Shown one piece after another: positions 28,197-37,196 of a stretch of DNA of 64,000 nucleotides; within the stretch, counting starts at the first letter, position 1, and each line of letters starts with the position of its first letter. Made by a program: the position numbers and the translations under genes. The notes under the pieces were generated by a model. That model did not search any database and was not told the DNA's origin. It was given only the letters and a program-made list of their open reading frames with translations. The DNA is from Minisyncoccia bacterium (GTDB lineage: Bacteria; Patescibacteriota; Minisyncoccia; SW-4-49-11): positions 152,992 to 216,991 of the forward strand of contig JBIKWJ010000001.1 in the NCBI GenBank assembly GCA_044356325.1. The letters run 5' to 3'.

Positions 28197-28490
28197 AGAA
28201 GAGATCGTAGACAAAAAAGATTACTATATATTATTAGCCTACCGACCATAGCTTATTACAAAAACTGTCCTCCTTTGGAGGAGGTGGCCGTCAGGCCGGA
28301 GGTGGATAGAGTTTAAGTTTGTATTTTATCCACCTCCGTCGCAAATAGGATTTGCTTCTGTGAAACCTCACGGTTTCCCAACCTTCCTTCACGGGAAAAC
28401 TCCCGTTTTCCCGACCCCTTTCCCAGACTTACAGTCTACCTTTCAGGCACCCCCTTCCTGCCTGCGGTAGGCAGGAAGGGGGACAAAAGT
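28197..28490 (+). mobile_element. GC-rich MITE-like repeat, copy C (left TIR only, with a nested ~105-bp insertion and a swapped hairpin module)
   Basis: Collinear with copies B and D, except for an extra segment at 28335-28439 and replacement of the ccccc-tccaaa-ggggg hairpin by ccccc-ttcctgcc-tgcggta-ggcaggaa-ggggg. Confidence 0.55.
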
Positions 28491-28530
28491 ATGTTATAGT
28501 TAAATCAATAAATATTTAATAAATTGTATT

Positions 28531-28731
28531 ATGAGCAATCAAGAACAAGTATCAGAACAAAGCACGGTAATTATAGGGAGCTTTTCTATACGCAATGATA
28601 TAAATTGCCCTGAATGTGGACTTCATCATATAGATAGAGATGATTGGTCAAAAAGACTACACAAAAAACATCTTTGTGAGCAATGTGGGCATATTTGGCA
28701 GCCTGAGGAAGGGTATAGTTTTGGGGTATAA
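28531..28731 (+). CDS. Small zinc-ribbon protein
   Basis: 66 aa. Two C-x2-C pairs (CPECG ... CEQCG) spaced as in a 4-Cys zinc ribbon. Confidence 0.35.
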   Translation: MSNQEQVSEQSTVIIGSFSIRNDINCPECGLHHIDRDDWSKRLHKKHLCEQCGHIWQPEEGYSFGV

Positions 28732-28775
28732 AAAATTAATATAGCTAAATCATTAACTTTAACAAAATATAAACC

Positions 28776-29420
28776 CTAATATTGTATCTCTGCATCTATT
28801 CTACTCATATACATCTCCCAAAACATATTCGCCAATATAGACGGCGAGTAGAGATTATTCTCTTCCTGAATATGCCCATTAATAGTAAGTGTTCCTACAT
28901 AAATATCATCTTCTTTTAAGGCTTCATTCAATTGAAGTGCCAAATTTCTTAGTCCAGCCTTCCCGAGAGACAATGATCCATATTCATGATTAGGATTGAG
29001 CGAAAATCCTCCTCCCGTCAATAATACCGTTCCCTTTGTTTGTCTTAAATCATCCAAAAGATATGTTACCGAATGAAATACATGAGCAACATTTAACCTA
29101 AAATCCTTCACTAAATCATCAGTTTCTTCAGACAAGAGGTTTTTCCTTTTCATACCGGCAGCATTATAGAACAACACATCTATAATACCCATCTCAGTTT
29201 TCAAAACAGAGATCGCGGCTTCAAGTTCATCTTTATAATATGCATCAGCTGTATGATAAAAAACATTAATACCCTGCTCTTGCAACAGAGTAGCCCGCTC
29301 CTTTAAAGAACTTTCATTACGACTAATAAGACCAACTACAAATCCATTCTCCCCAAACTTTTTTGCCATAGCAAATCCTAATTTAGGACCTAATCCAATG
29401 ATGATAATATTTTTATTCAT
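28776..29420 (-). CDS. Short-chain dehydrogenase/reductase (SDR)-like Rossmann protein
   Basis: 214 aa. N-terminal IIIGLGPKLG dinucleotide-binding loop and an NAAG motif. The catalytic Y..K spacing is atypical. Confidence 0.6.
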   Translation of the reverse strand: MNKNIIIIGLGPKLGFAMAKKFGENGFVVGLISRNESSLKERATLLQEQGINVFYHTADAYYKDELEAAISVLKTEMGIIDVLFYNAAGMKRKNLLSEETDDLVKDFRLNVAHVFHSVTYLLDDLRQTKGTVLLTGGGFSLNPNHEYGSLSLGKAGLRNLALQLNEALKEDDIYVGTLTINGHIQEENNLYSPSILANMFWEMYMSRIDAEIQY

Positions 29421-29453
29421 AACTTATATCAATATGTATATATTATATACCCT

Positions 29454-29495
29454 TTATACTAATTTGTAATTATTGATAATTTACATTATGAGATA
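29454..29495 (+). promoter_or_regulatory. Conserved 43-bp intergenic motif, copy 2
   Basis: Lies in the 90-bp gap upstream of the SDR gene. Confidence 0.4.
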
Positions 29496-29510
29496 AAATA
29501 TTTTTACTAA

Positions 29511-29978
29511 TTATTTATACTGAATATACTTATCTCTAATTTGATTATACTTTTTTTCTACTAAAACTTTAAAGTCATCCATAATTTTACAGTCCAATGA
29601 ACCTTGATACATATCTTGAAATGCATCATTTTCATTAAACATAGAAGCCCACTTTAAAAACTCAATACAGGATGAGTGTAACTCATCATCTGCTAAATAT
29701 AGTTTATTTTTTATAATAGGAGTTATTTTCTTTAACAGCTCTTTTGGCTCTTTTATTGTATCCTCAACATACTCATAATTATCATATGTAGACCATTCCA
29801 ATGACTGTAAACTATACTCCTTGACTGCATAGAAGAGAGGGAGCAAAAATTCTGTTAGTTGTTCTTGTAATATATCTCTTGTATTCTTTCTTCTAAATTG
29901 ATAGTTAAAAAATAATATATTACCAAAAACTGACAATATAGCTACTATAATTATTGAAGACAATGATTCAAAGTTCAT
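29511..29978 (-). CDS. Hypothetical protein with an N-terminal TM anchor
   Basis: 155 aa. Confidence 0.35.
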   Translation of the reverse strand: MNFESLSSIIIVAILSVFGNILFFNYQFRRKNTRDILQEQLTEFLLPLFYAVKEYSLQSLEWSTYDNYEYVEDTIKEPKELLKKITPIIKNKLYLADDELHSSCIEFLKWASMFNENDAFQDMYQGSLDCKIMDDFKVLVEKKYNQIRDKYIQYK

Positions 29979-30051
29979 ATTTTTGTAATTTTAAATAAAG
30001 CAGCTGTCAAATTAGAGAGGATTTAAGACTTAATTACATCTAACTATCATT

Positions 30052-30420
30052 CTATAAAAAATAAATAGCCCCTATAATTATACCCAATAAATCACCAATT
30101 CCACTACTAATTTCAAAATGAGCCACTTCCTTAGGAGCGCGGTCAACCCGCTTAAAATCATTAAATGCAAACCCAAGAGCAAGTATTATAGCTAAGAAGA
30201 CTGTTGGCTGTAGGTTAAACCAAACAAAAACTGTTGTTGCAAACCAAAATGAGATTCCTCCTATCACAGTACCAATAATTACCCCAACAGTCCCTGATAG
30301 TAGCTTAGATTTTGATAAGGAAAGTAATGAAAGTACTAATGGCATAAAAATAAGCACTACTAGTCCACCAATTATAGGCCCCAAGAAGAAAGAAAGTAGA
30401 TATACAAAAATTGTTAACAT
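30052..30420 (-). CDS. Small membrane protein
   Basis: 122 aa with four Gly-rich TM helices. The upstream motif at 30468-30495 matches 28165-28196. Confidence 0.35.
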   Translation of the reverse strand: MLTIFVYLLSFFLGPIIGGLVVLIFMPLVLSLLSLSKSKLLSGTVGVIIGTVIGGISFWFATTVFVWFNLQPTVFLAIILALGFAFNDFKRVDRAPKEVAHFEISSGIGDLLGIIIGAIYFL

Positions 30421-30500
30421 AGAGTTTTTAATTATTTAAAACTAGTAATATAGTTTTCTAATCTTTATTCTACCCCATTTCCCCTATCTCTACAACACGA

Positions 30501-30986
30501 CTACCCCTTATACTGATAAGATAAGAGATTATATTCATCCGTATCATAGACACAGATTCCGTCTTCATGCCAGAGGACAAATTCTTGTATACCGACATCC
30601 AGGGACATTTTGCTACAAATAGTACAATAGGGGTTTCCCGCTCGGGTGAGATTATCCTCTTCATCTAATCGCATAAAATATAATCTAGAGCTTATTATTT
30701 TATCTGAGTGATGTGCTAGAGCATCCATTATGGCTCTTTGTTCTGCATGAATACAGCAGGTTTTATCTGTTACTTTGCGGTGATAGGAGTCTTTATCATA
30801 ATTACATCGTCTTTGATTCTCTTGATTATGGGCTGGACTATTGATACCCTCCCCGATAATGACATTATTAGCGACGATAATAGAACCACATTTACTCCGC
30901 TCACAAGTTGCTGATTTTGCAAGCTCGGTAGTGTACTCCAAATATTTCTTTGCTTCCTGTTCTTCTTCTCCAGATAAATATCTCAT
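30501..30986 (-). CDS. CMP/dCMP-type zinc deaminase
   Basis: 161 aa. CIHAEQRAI (H-A-E) and PCxxC (PYCTIC) zinc-ligand motifs of the cytidine/deoxycytidylate deaminase fold. Confidence 0.6.
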   Translation of the reverse strand: MRYLSGEEEQEAKKYLEYTTELAKSATCERSKCGSIIVANNVIIGEGINSPAHNQENQRRCNYDKDSYHRKVTDKTCCIHAEQRAIMDALAHHSDKIISSRLYFMRLDEEDNLTRAGNPYCTICSKMSLDVGIQEFVLWHEDGICVYDTDEYNLLSYQYKG

Positions 30987-30997
30987 ATTTTCTTTAT

Positions 30998-32509
30998 TTA
31001 TTCTTTTATACTATCTAGATGAGCTTGAGCTAATTGTGTATAACTTTCTTTCTTCTCTGCTGTCATTTTGTTATATTGCACTCCAATAAATCCTAGTCGT
31101 CCTTCTTTTTGTAATTGCTCAAAATGCATCCCTACAAAATTCCAAAAAAGCGCATCAAAAGTATCGCACCATTCCCCCGCTTTGAAATCACTCATTTTCC
31201 GAATATAATTGGATGAGGCGATATAGGGTTTGGTAGTCAGTAATCCTCCATCGGCATATAATGTCATACTATATACATTGGGTACCATAACCCAATCATA
31301 GGCATCAATATACATTTCCATAAACCATTCATAGACTGCATTGGGATCTATATGGCATAAATTCATATAATTCCCCAGAACCATAAGTCGCGGAATATGA
31401 TGAGTATAGGCATATTTCTTGAGCATTTCTATATGATAATTCACTGGTTCTATACCTGTTGTTGCGGTCCATAATGAGGCGGGCATAGAGGTATGGGCTT
31501 CAAAATAATTACGATTTCGAATATTGCTACCCTCTAGTATATAAAGAGCTCGGATATATTCTCTCCAGCCTATAATTTGGCGAATAAAACCTTCTCCTGA
31601 TTCTATAGGTATATTATGCTGTATTATGAATTCTAAAGTCTCTTGGAGCACAAAGTCCGGAGTTAATAGTCCATTATTGAGAAGTGGTGATATAGTACTG
31701 TGAAAAACTGAGGCTGATTGCTGGGTAATAGCATCTTCATAGGGTCCAAAAAGAGCAAATCTCTGATTGAGAAAATCTCTCAGATGTTTTTTGGCTTGCT
31801 TATGATCAATGGGGCTCCAAAACATATCCGTATCACCAAAATTATTGGGGAAATATTGCTCTATATATTCTCTTGCTTCTTCTACATATGGAGAATTATT
31901 GGGAGTAAATGTCTCTGGTATATCTATGTCTTTTGGGAGCTTTTTTCTATTTTCGGTATCAAAGCTCCATCTCCCGCCTTGTGGTTTATTGTCTTCAATC
32001 AATATATTGAGGCGTTTTCTCTGCCATATATAAAAGTCATTCATATGGTATCGACGGGCTCCTATGCGTGATTGGAAAAATTCCGTAAATTCTGATATAG
32101 AGGTGAGGAACATAGGACTTTCGTGTACAGTATACTCTATTGATGCAGTATCGAGAGCTTTAGTAAGACGACGATTTAACCAATCATCCGTAACATCATA
32201 GAATTCTACGGTATCGATATGATTCTGCTGTAATAAAGAGACAATACTATCAGTAGTCTTAAGGGTATGATACTCGATATATTCAACAGCAATATTCTGC
32301 GTGATAAGATAATCCTTATAGCTTCTCATACTCGCTCTATGCAATATGAGCTTTTGTTTATGAAAAGCAAATTCACTAAAATACAAAGGCTCCTCAATGA
32401 GATACACCATATCACTATCTTTTAGATATTGTATATCTTCAAATAATTGATGAGGATATATGAGAAATGCTGTTTTCTTAGCTTTCAATTCCTTTTGGAT
32501 TAGGTCCAT
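30998..32509 (-). CDS. Cryptochrome/photolyase-family protein (photolyase-related, FAD-binding)
   Basis: 503 aa. The C-terminal region (GWREYIRALY, DAYDWVMVPNVY) resembles the photolyase FAD-binding domain. The N-terminal region resembles uncharacterised photolyase-related proteins. Confidence 0.5.
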   Translation of the reverse strand: MDLIQKELKAKKTAFLIYPHQLFEDIQYLKDSDMVYLIEEPLYFSEFAFHKQKLILHRASMRSYKDYLITQNIAVEYIEYHTLKTTDSIVSLLQQNHIDTVEFYDVTDDWLNRRLTKALDTASIEYTVHESPMFLTSISEFTEFFQSRIGARRYHMNDFYIWQRKRLNILIEDNKPQGGRWSFDTENRKKLPKDIDIPETFTPNNSPYVEEAREYIEQYFPNNFGDTDMFWSPIDHKQAKKHLRDFLNQRFALFGPYEDAITQQSASVFHSTISPLLNNGLLTPDFVLQETLEFIIQHNIPIESGEGFIRQIIGWREYIRALYILEGSNIRNRNYFEAHTSMPASLWTATTGIEPVNYHIEMLKKYAYTHHIPRLMVLGNYMNLCHIDPNAVYEWFMEMYIDAYDWVMVPNVYSMTLYADGGLLTTKPYIASSNYIRKMSDFKAGEWCDTFDALFWNFVGMHFEQLQKEGRLGFIGVQYNKMTAEKKESYTQLAQAHLDSIKE

Positions 32510-32990
32510 ATTTATTTGCTCCAGGAGTGCTATCTAGAATATTTAATATAAGCAACCAAATCGAACCTATTATAATCAAAAAGTTTAATAATATATACCA
32601 ACCACTTTTATCGACATCATGTAATCTTCTAACTTGAATTGATAAATTAGGAATTAGTGACATGAGAAAATAAATTACAGATATTAAGCCAAATGGGATA
32701 TTAAGAATTGATTCTAATATACTAATCAAGATAGAGACTGCAATAGTCACTAGATAAAACCACCAATATTCACTTCTGGTTGCTCGTCCACTAAAGTCAG
32801 CATATTTACGAAATGCTCCTATATAATAATCAATAGGTGATCTCTCAATAATTGGTTCTGCTGTTGCTTCACTAGTAGTAGTTTTCTTCTCTTGATAAAA
32901 CTCAGATATCTCTTGGATTTTATCTGCATTAGGAGTAGATGTTACTGGGCTTTGTTCAGGATTTTGATTAGTATCTAATTTATCAGGCAT
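32478..32990 (-). CDS. DUF805-family inner-membrane protein
   Basis: 170 aa. GRATRSEYWWF and RRLHD motifs with three TM helices, plus a disordered acidic N-terminal extension. Confidence 0.6.
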   Translation of the reverse strand: MPDKLDTNQNPEQSPVTSTPNADKIQEISEFYQEKKTTTSEATAEPIIERSPIDYYIGAFRKYADFSGRATRSEYWWFYLVTIAVSILISILESILNIPFGLISVIYFLMSLIPNLSIQVRRLHDVDKSGWYILLNFLIIIGSIWLLILNILDSTPGANKYGPNPKGIES

Positions 32991-33045
32991 AGTATTTATT
33001 ATTATTTTATATCACCTATATATATCATATCACTTTTTTTATTTT

Positions 33046-33086
33046 TTACCAATATATATGTTATACTAAAACATATATATTGGTAA
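33046..33086. promoter_or_regulatory. Perfect 15-bp inverted repeat (ttaccaatatatatg / catatatattggtaa) with an 11-bp spacer, spanning a TGTTATACT -10 element
   Basis: The two arms are exact reverse complements. It lies between the divergent DUF805 and NUDIX genes and ends 9 bp before the NUDIX ATG. Confidence 0.5.
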
Positions 33087-33094
33087 ATTCTGTT

Positions 33095-33583
33095 ATGGAA
33101 ATATTAAAACAAGCTACTCTAATCTTCCTTATTAAAAAATCTGATCTAGGGATTCAGGAAATATGTCTTGCCATGAAAAAGCGTGGATTTGGTATTAATA
33201 AATGGAATGGGGTTGGGGGTAAGGTAGAGGCAGGAGAAACCATTGAGCAGTCTGCTATACGGGAAACCAAAGAGGAAATATCTGTTGTCATAAAAGATAT
33301 CTCTAAAGTGGCAGAATTAACATTTTATTTTAGTGATAATCCTGACTGGAATCAAATTGTACATGTATATTTTACTGAAAATTGGGAGGGTGATCCTGTC
33401 GAAAGTGAAGAGATGAAGCCTCAATGGTATACTATTGATTCTATTCCTTATGAGAATATGTGGCCAGATGATATATTTTGGCTACCAGAAGTCATAAAGG
33501 GGCAAAAGCTCAAAGCAAGCTTTACCCTAGATTCTCATGATACAATTTTAGAGCAACATATAGATATTGTTGATGAACTCTAA
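33095..33583 (+). CDS. NUDIX hydrolase (MutT-like)
   Basis: Nudix box GGKVEAGETIEQSAIRETKEEISV. The ORF track starts at a TTG at 33080; the ATG at 33095 is the more likely start. Confidence 0.7.
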   Translation: MEILKQATLIFLIKKSDLGIQEICLAMKKRGFGINKWNGVGGKVEAGETIEQSAIRETKEEISVVIKDISKVAELTFYFSDNPDWNQIVHVYFTENWEGDPVESEEMKPQWYTIDSIPYENMWPDDIFWLPEVIKGQKLKASFTLDSHDTILEQHIDIVDEL

Positions 33584-33614
33584 ATCACAGAATATATCAT
33601 CGATAAAGAAGATA

Positions 33615-34238
33615 TTAATCTTTATGTCTTGGGGGATGCCATTTATGTAATGGTTTATAATCTCCTCCAAATATTCCAATATCCATAGTTGCAGTTAATA
33701 CTGCTCGCATACATTGATATTCTGCATTAAAATCATGAGTACCAGCTACCCATTGAGCAGTATTATCATTCGTAATATCTTCTGCATCTAATAAATCCAT
33801 TATCTCTTCTGGGTGATACCATTGTACTTGCTCTACTTCTTCTTTTTGTGGAGTTAATTCTGAAATATTCCCGTCGAATACAGTAATAAAATCTCTTACC
33901 CAAGCACGAGATGATTTAATTTTACTCGTTCTCCATGGAATCAATTGAAATGGATTTATATGCAATCCAATTTCTTCTTCGAGTTCCTTTAAGGCACTGA
34001 TTTTAAAAGATTCACCTTGGGTTACATGTCCACCAAAATGAGTAGACCAAGCTCCTGGATTACGCTCTTTCCCTAATGATCTCTGATGACAAAGTATTTG
34101 TCCTTGAGTGTTAAGTACAAATATATTGGTTGTACGACACCATAACCCTTTTTCATAGAGTTCTTTACGTGAAACATGATCCCCTGTAGGCTCACCTGTT
34201 TCAGAATTAATAACTTGTAGCATCTCTTGTTGTGACAT
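33615..34238 (-). CDS. NUDIX hydrolase
   Basis: Nudix box GGHVTQGESFKISALKELEEEIGL. The track starts at a TTG at 34277. The ATG at 34238 sits just downstream of a good -35 TTGCAA, a 17-bp spacer and a TGaTATAAT element. Confidence 0.65.
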   Translation of the reverse strand: MSQQEMLQVINSETGEPTGDHVSRKELYEKGLWCRTTNIFVLNTQGQILCHQRSLGKERNPGAWSTHFGGHVTQGESFKISALKELEEEIGLHINPFQLIPWRTSKIKSSRAWVRDFITVFDGNISELTPQKEEVEQVQWYHPEEIMDLLDAEDITNDNTAQWVAGTHDFNAEYQCMRAVLTATMDIGIFGGDYKPLHKWHPPRHKD

Positions 34239-34290
34239 ATTAAAATAAATTATATCATATATTGACAATTGTTGCAAAGCTTTTTATGAG

Positions 34291-34572
34291 ATGAGGAGAT
34301 CGTAGACAAAAGAAATTATTATACATTACTATCCTACCGGCCGTAGCTTTGTACAAAAATTGTCCTCCTTTGCCTGCCTGCGGTAGGCAGGGAGGAGGTG
34401 GCCGTCAGGCCGGAGGTGGATAGAGTTTAAGTTTGTATTTTATCCACCCCCGCCTTTCAGGCACCCCCTCCAAAGGGGGACAAAAGTAATAATTCTCTTG
34501 TTACTACAATATATGCGACTATAAGGTCGCCCCTACGTAACTCATATAATGTCTACGATGTATCTCATCTTA
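34291..34572 (+). mobile_element. GC-rich MITE-like repeat, copy D (full length, both TIRs)
   Basis: Near-identical to copy B. TIRs are gagatcgtagaca and tgtctacgatgtatctc. It sits between the msrA stop and the NUDIX promoter. Confidence 0.65.
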
Positions 34573-34577
34573 TTCAT

Positions 34578-35123
34578 TCACTTCCAATTCATATGCTTTT
34601 GCTCTCGAATTTGACAAGTTTTTTGTACAAATCCTTCACGTCCTGACCCAATACGATAATTTTGATAATGTTGTGGATTTTTCTCTGAATATTGTTGATG
34701 ATACTCTTCAGCCGGGTAGAATTCTGTTCTTGGTAATATATCTACTTGTATTGCTTCTGTATATATACCGGAATCATCTAATTCTTGTAATGTATCTTGC
34801 GCAATATTTTGCTCTAATTCATCTGAATAATATATTGCTGTTTTATAATTCTCTCCCCTATCTCCAAATTGTCCGCCATCATCAGTGGGGTCAATATGAT
34901 CGAGGAAAAATTGTGTTAATAATCGAAAATTTGTCTTATTCTCATCATATATTACCTGCACAACTTCGCGATGTTCAGTATTATGACTACTGACATCTTC
35001 ATAATTAGCAGTCTCAGCACTACCTCCCATATACCCTGATATGACATCCTCTACTCCCAGAGCCTGTCGTAAATCATGCTCTACGCACCAAAAACATCCC
35101 CCTGCAAATATTACTTCTTTCAT
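34578..35123 (-). CDS. msrA: Peptide methionine sulfoxide reductase A
   Basis: 181 aa with the N-terminal GCFWC active-site motif. Confidence 0.85.
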   Translation of the reverse strand: MKEVIFAGGCFWCVEHDLRQALGVEDVISGYMGGSAETANYEDVSSHNTEHREVVQVIYDENKTNFRLLTQFFLDHIDPTDDGGQFGDRGENYKTAIYYSDELEQNIAQDTLQELDDSGIYTEAIQVDILPRTEFYPAEEYHQQYSEKNPQHYQNYRIGSGREGFVQKTCQIREQKHMNWK

Positions 35124-35133
35124 AATTTTTTAT

Positions 35134-36150
35134 TTATACTACTAAATTTCCATTTACTTTATTGGGCCTATTTTCGATATTATGAATAATATCAAGACAA
35201 GCGACTACGCCTATCATAATAGCGTTATCAGTGGATAAGATTTTATTAGGGACTAATAATTCTATTCCATTTTGCTCAGCATAATGTTCAAAAGCCTGTC
35301 TTAATTTTGTATTAGCAGTAACCCCACCCCCAATTACTACTTGATTGATATTATATTCATTGACAGCCCAATTCAATTTTGCGATTAATACATCTATTAC
35401 TGCTTGCTCAAAACTGGCACAAATATTGGCAATATCTGTATCATTTTGTGGTGGATTATCTCGAATATAATATAATACTGCAGTTTTTAGCCCAGAAAAT
35501 GACATATTTCCATTACCAGAACTCATCATTGGTCTTGGAAAAGCTATTGCATTTGCATCTCCACTTTGAGCTAACTTAGAAATTTTAGGACCTCCTGGAT
35601 ATCCTAAATTAAGCATTTTAGCTACTTTATCAAAAGCCTCTCCCGCAGCATCATCTTGAGTAATACCTACAATTTCATAATCATTATAAGATTTAACCAA
35701 TACTAGCTCAGTATGCCCTCCTGATATAGTATAAGCGATAAATGGATAGCTCGATGGAATACTCCCCTCTAATGCCTCATTTAATAACCCAGAGAACATA
35801 TGCCCATGCATATGATTAACAGGTATCAGAGGTACTCCCAATACTTCTGCCAATAAACTTGCCATATTTACTCCTACAAATAATGATGGCTCAAGCCCTG
35901 GACCTACGGTAACTGCAATAGCGTCAATATTTCTCCCATTTTGATGAATAAATTCCTGTAACATTCCAGGTAATTTTTTATTATGTAGCCGAGAAGCAAG
36001 TGCTGGCACCACTCCCCCATATTGACTATGCTCTTCTATTTGAGAATATACGATATGATCAAGTACTTTAAAACTCTGAGTCTCTTTATCAAGACTCAAT
36101 AAAGCAAGTGCTGTTTCATCACAGGATGTTTCAATAGCAAGTATCTTCAT
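35134..36150 (-). CDS. tsaD: tRNA N6-adenosine threonylcarbamoyltransferase (Kae1/TsaD family)
   Basis: 338 aa. MKILAIETSCDETALAL and metal-binding His motifs. Confidence 0.85.
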   Translation of the reverse strand: MKILAIETSCDETALALLSLDKETQSFKVLDHIVYSQIEEHSQYGGVVPALASRLHNKKLPGMLQEFIHQNGRNIDAIAVTVGPGLEPSLFVGVNMASLLAEVLGVPLIPVNHMHGHMFSGLLNEALEGSIPSSYPFIAYTISGGHTELVLVKSYNDYEIVGITQDDAAGEAFDKVAKMLNLGYPGGPKISKLAQSGDANAIAFPRPMMSSGNGNMSFSGLKTAVLYYIRDNPPQNDTDIANICASFEQAVIDVLIAKLNWAVNEYNINQVVIGGGVTANTKLRQAFEHYAEQNGIELLVPNKILSTDNAIMIGVVACLDIIHNIENRPNKVNGNLVV

Positions 36151-36189
36151 ATATATAGTGTGCCAGATTTAGACCTTTGAGTCAAATGC

Positions 36190-37191
36190 TTATACTTTGG
36201 CTAACAATTGAGCCCAAAATTGAGCTATTGCTTGATAACTATATTTTCTTTGAAATTGTGCTGAGGCATAATCTCGAATTTCTCGTTTTTTTGATTCATT
36301 TCTTTGTAAAACATCAATACAAGCGGTAAGTTGGCTAGTAGATGATTGATCATAATATAATGCTCCACGACCTAATAAGATTTGATATATTTCTTCTCTT
36401 GGAGCAATTACAATAGTCCCAGAAGCCAATGCATTCAATATATGATAGCTAATAATCTCATCAATAGGCCCACTCACTATCAGACAATCCAATAATTCAT
36501 ATATGATTGGCAATTCATTTTGAATTCCTTGTGGGAATACAAAACTCCCTTTTTGATCGTGTATATCATACCATTCACAATTATTATACTCGAGATAAGA
36601 AATCAACTCCCTACTCATAGAGCCTACATGGCCACATACAAATGCTTTCTGAATAACTTGATTTTCATACTGTATTAATCCAGTATTCTGCTTAATATCT
36701 AATACTAATTGCGTATCAAGATCAAGAAAATTTTGATAATTAATTCGTGGAAAAGGACTATAGGCTATTTTTTTTTGAAAATTGACTCGGGCAGTATATT
36801 CAGGATATATATTTATTGCATATCCTGCTATTGTTTTTTCTAATAAAGAATTATAAACTCGAACTCGCTGAATAGTAGGATTTTGTCTCAAATTCCAGGT
36901 AATAAATTGAGGGGTATTTCCTATTTCTATGCAAGTATCTATAGTATAATTTTGTATCAATTCACGCATTGATTGATAATCATTCAACTTAAATATAGAG
37001 CGAGATAATAAATGAACGGTATCGACATCTACAATTGAGCGAGCTATATCAGCCAAATCAGAATCCCACATTACAAATTGAATATTTGATCTTAGATACT
37101 GTTTAATATGTTGAAACAGTTCGAACCAATGAATTGCTTGCTCTCTTTCACAATCTATCAGTACGGCTATCTGGTGAACTTTTTGAATCAT
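36190..37191 (-). CDS. Hypothetical protein, possibly a divergent GT-B glycosyltransferase-like
   Basis: 333 aa. The C-terminal third weakly resembles a GT1/GT4 donor-binding domain (ASGTIVIAP). Confidence 0.3.
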   Translation of the reverse strand: MIQKVHQIAVLIDCEREQAIHWFELFQHIKQYLRSNIQFVMWDSDLADIARSIVDVDTVHLLSRSIFKLNDYQSMRELIQNYTIDTCIEIGNTPQFITWNLRQNPTIQRVRVYNSLLEKTIAGYAINIYPEYTARVNFQKKIAYSPFPRINYQNFLDLDTQLVLDIKQNTGLIQYENQVIQKAFVCGHVGSMSRELISYLEYNNCEWYDIHDQKGSFVFPQGIQNELPIIYELLDCLIVSGPIDEIISYHILNALASGTIVIAPREEIYQILLGRGALYYDQSSTSQLTACIDVLQRNESKKREIRDYASAQFQRKYSYQAIAQFWAQLLAKV

Positions 37192-37196
37192 ATACT

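Noticed and set aside
33080-33094. TTG start codons proposed by the ORF track for the two NUDIX genes (33080 and 34277)
   Set aside because: Downstream in-frame ATGs (33095 and 34238) lie correctly positioned after promoter-like elements. The TTG at 34277 would fall inside the -35 hexamer.
2500-34600. CRISPR array or retron/omega-RNA explanation for the GC-rich repeats
   Set aside because: There are no regularly spaced short direct repeats with unique spacers. No adjacent reverse transcriptase, TnpB/IscB, Cas or recombinase ORFs are present, and the repeats are 200-300 bp with terminal inverted repeats.
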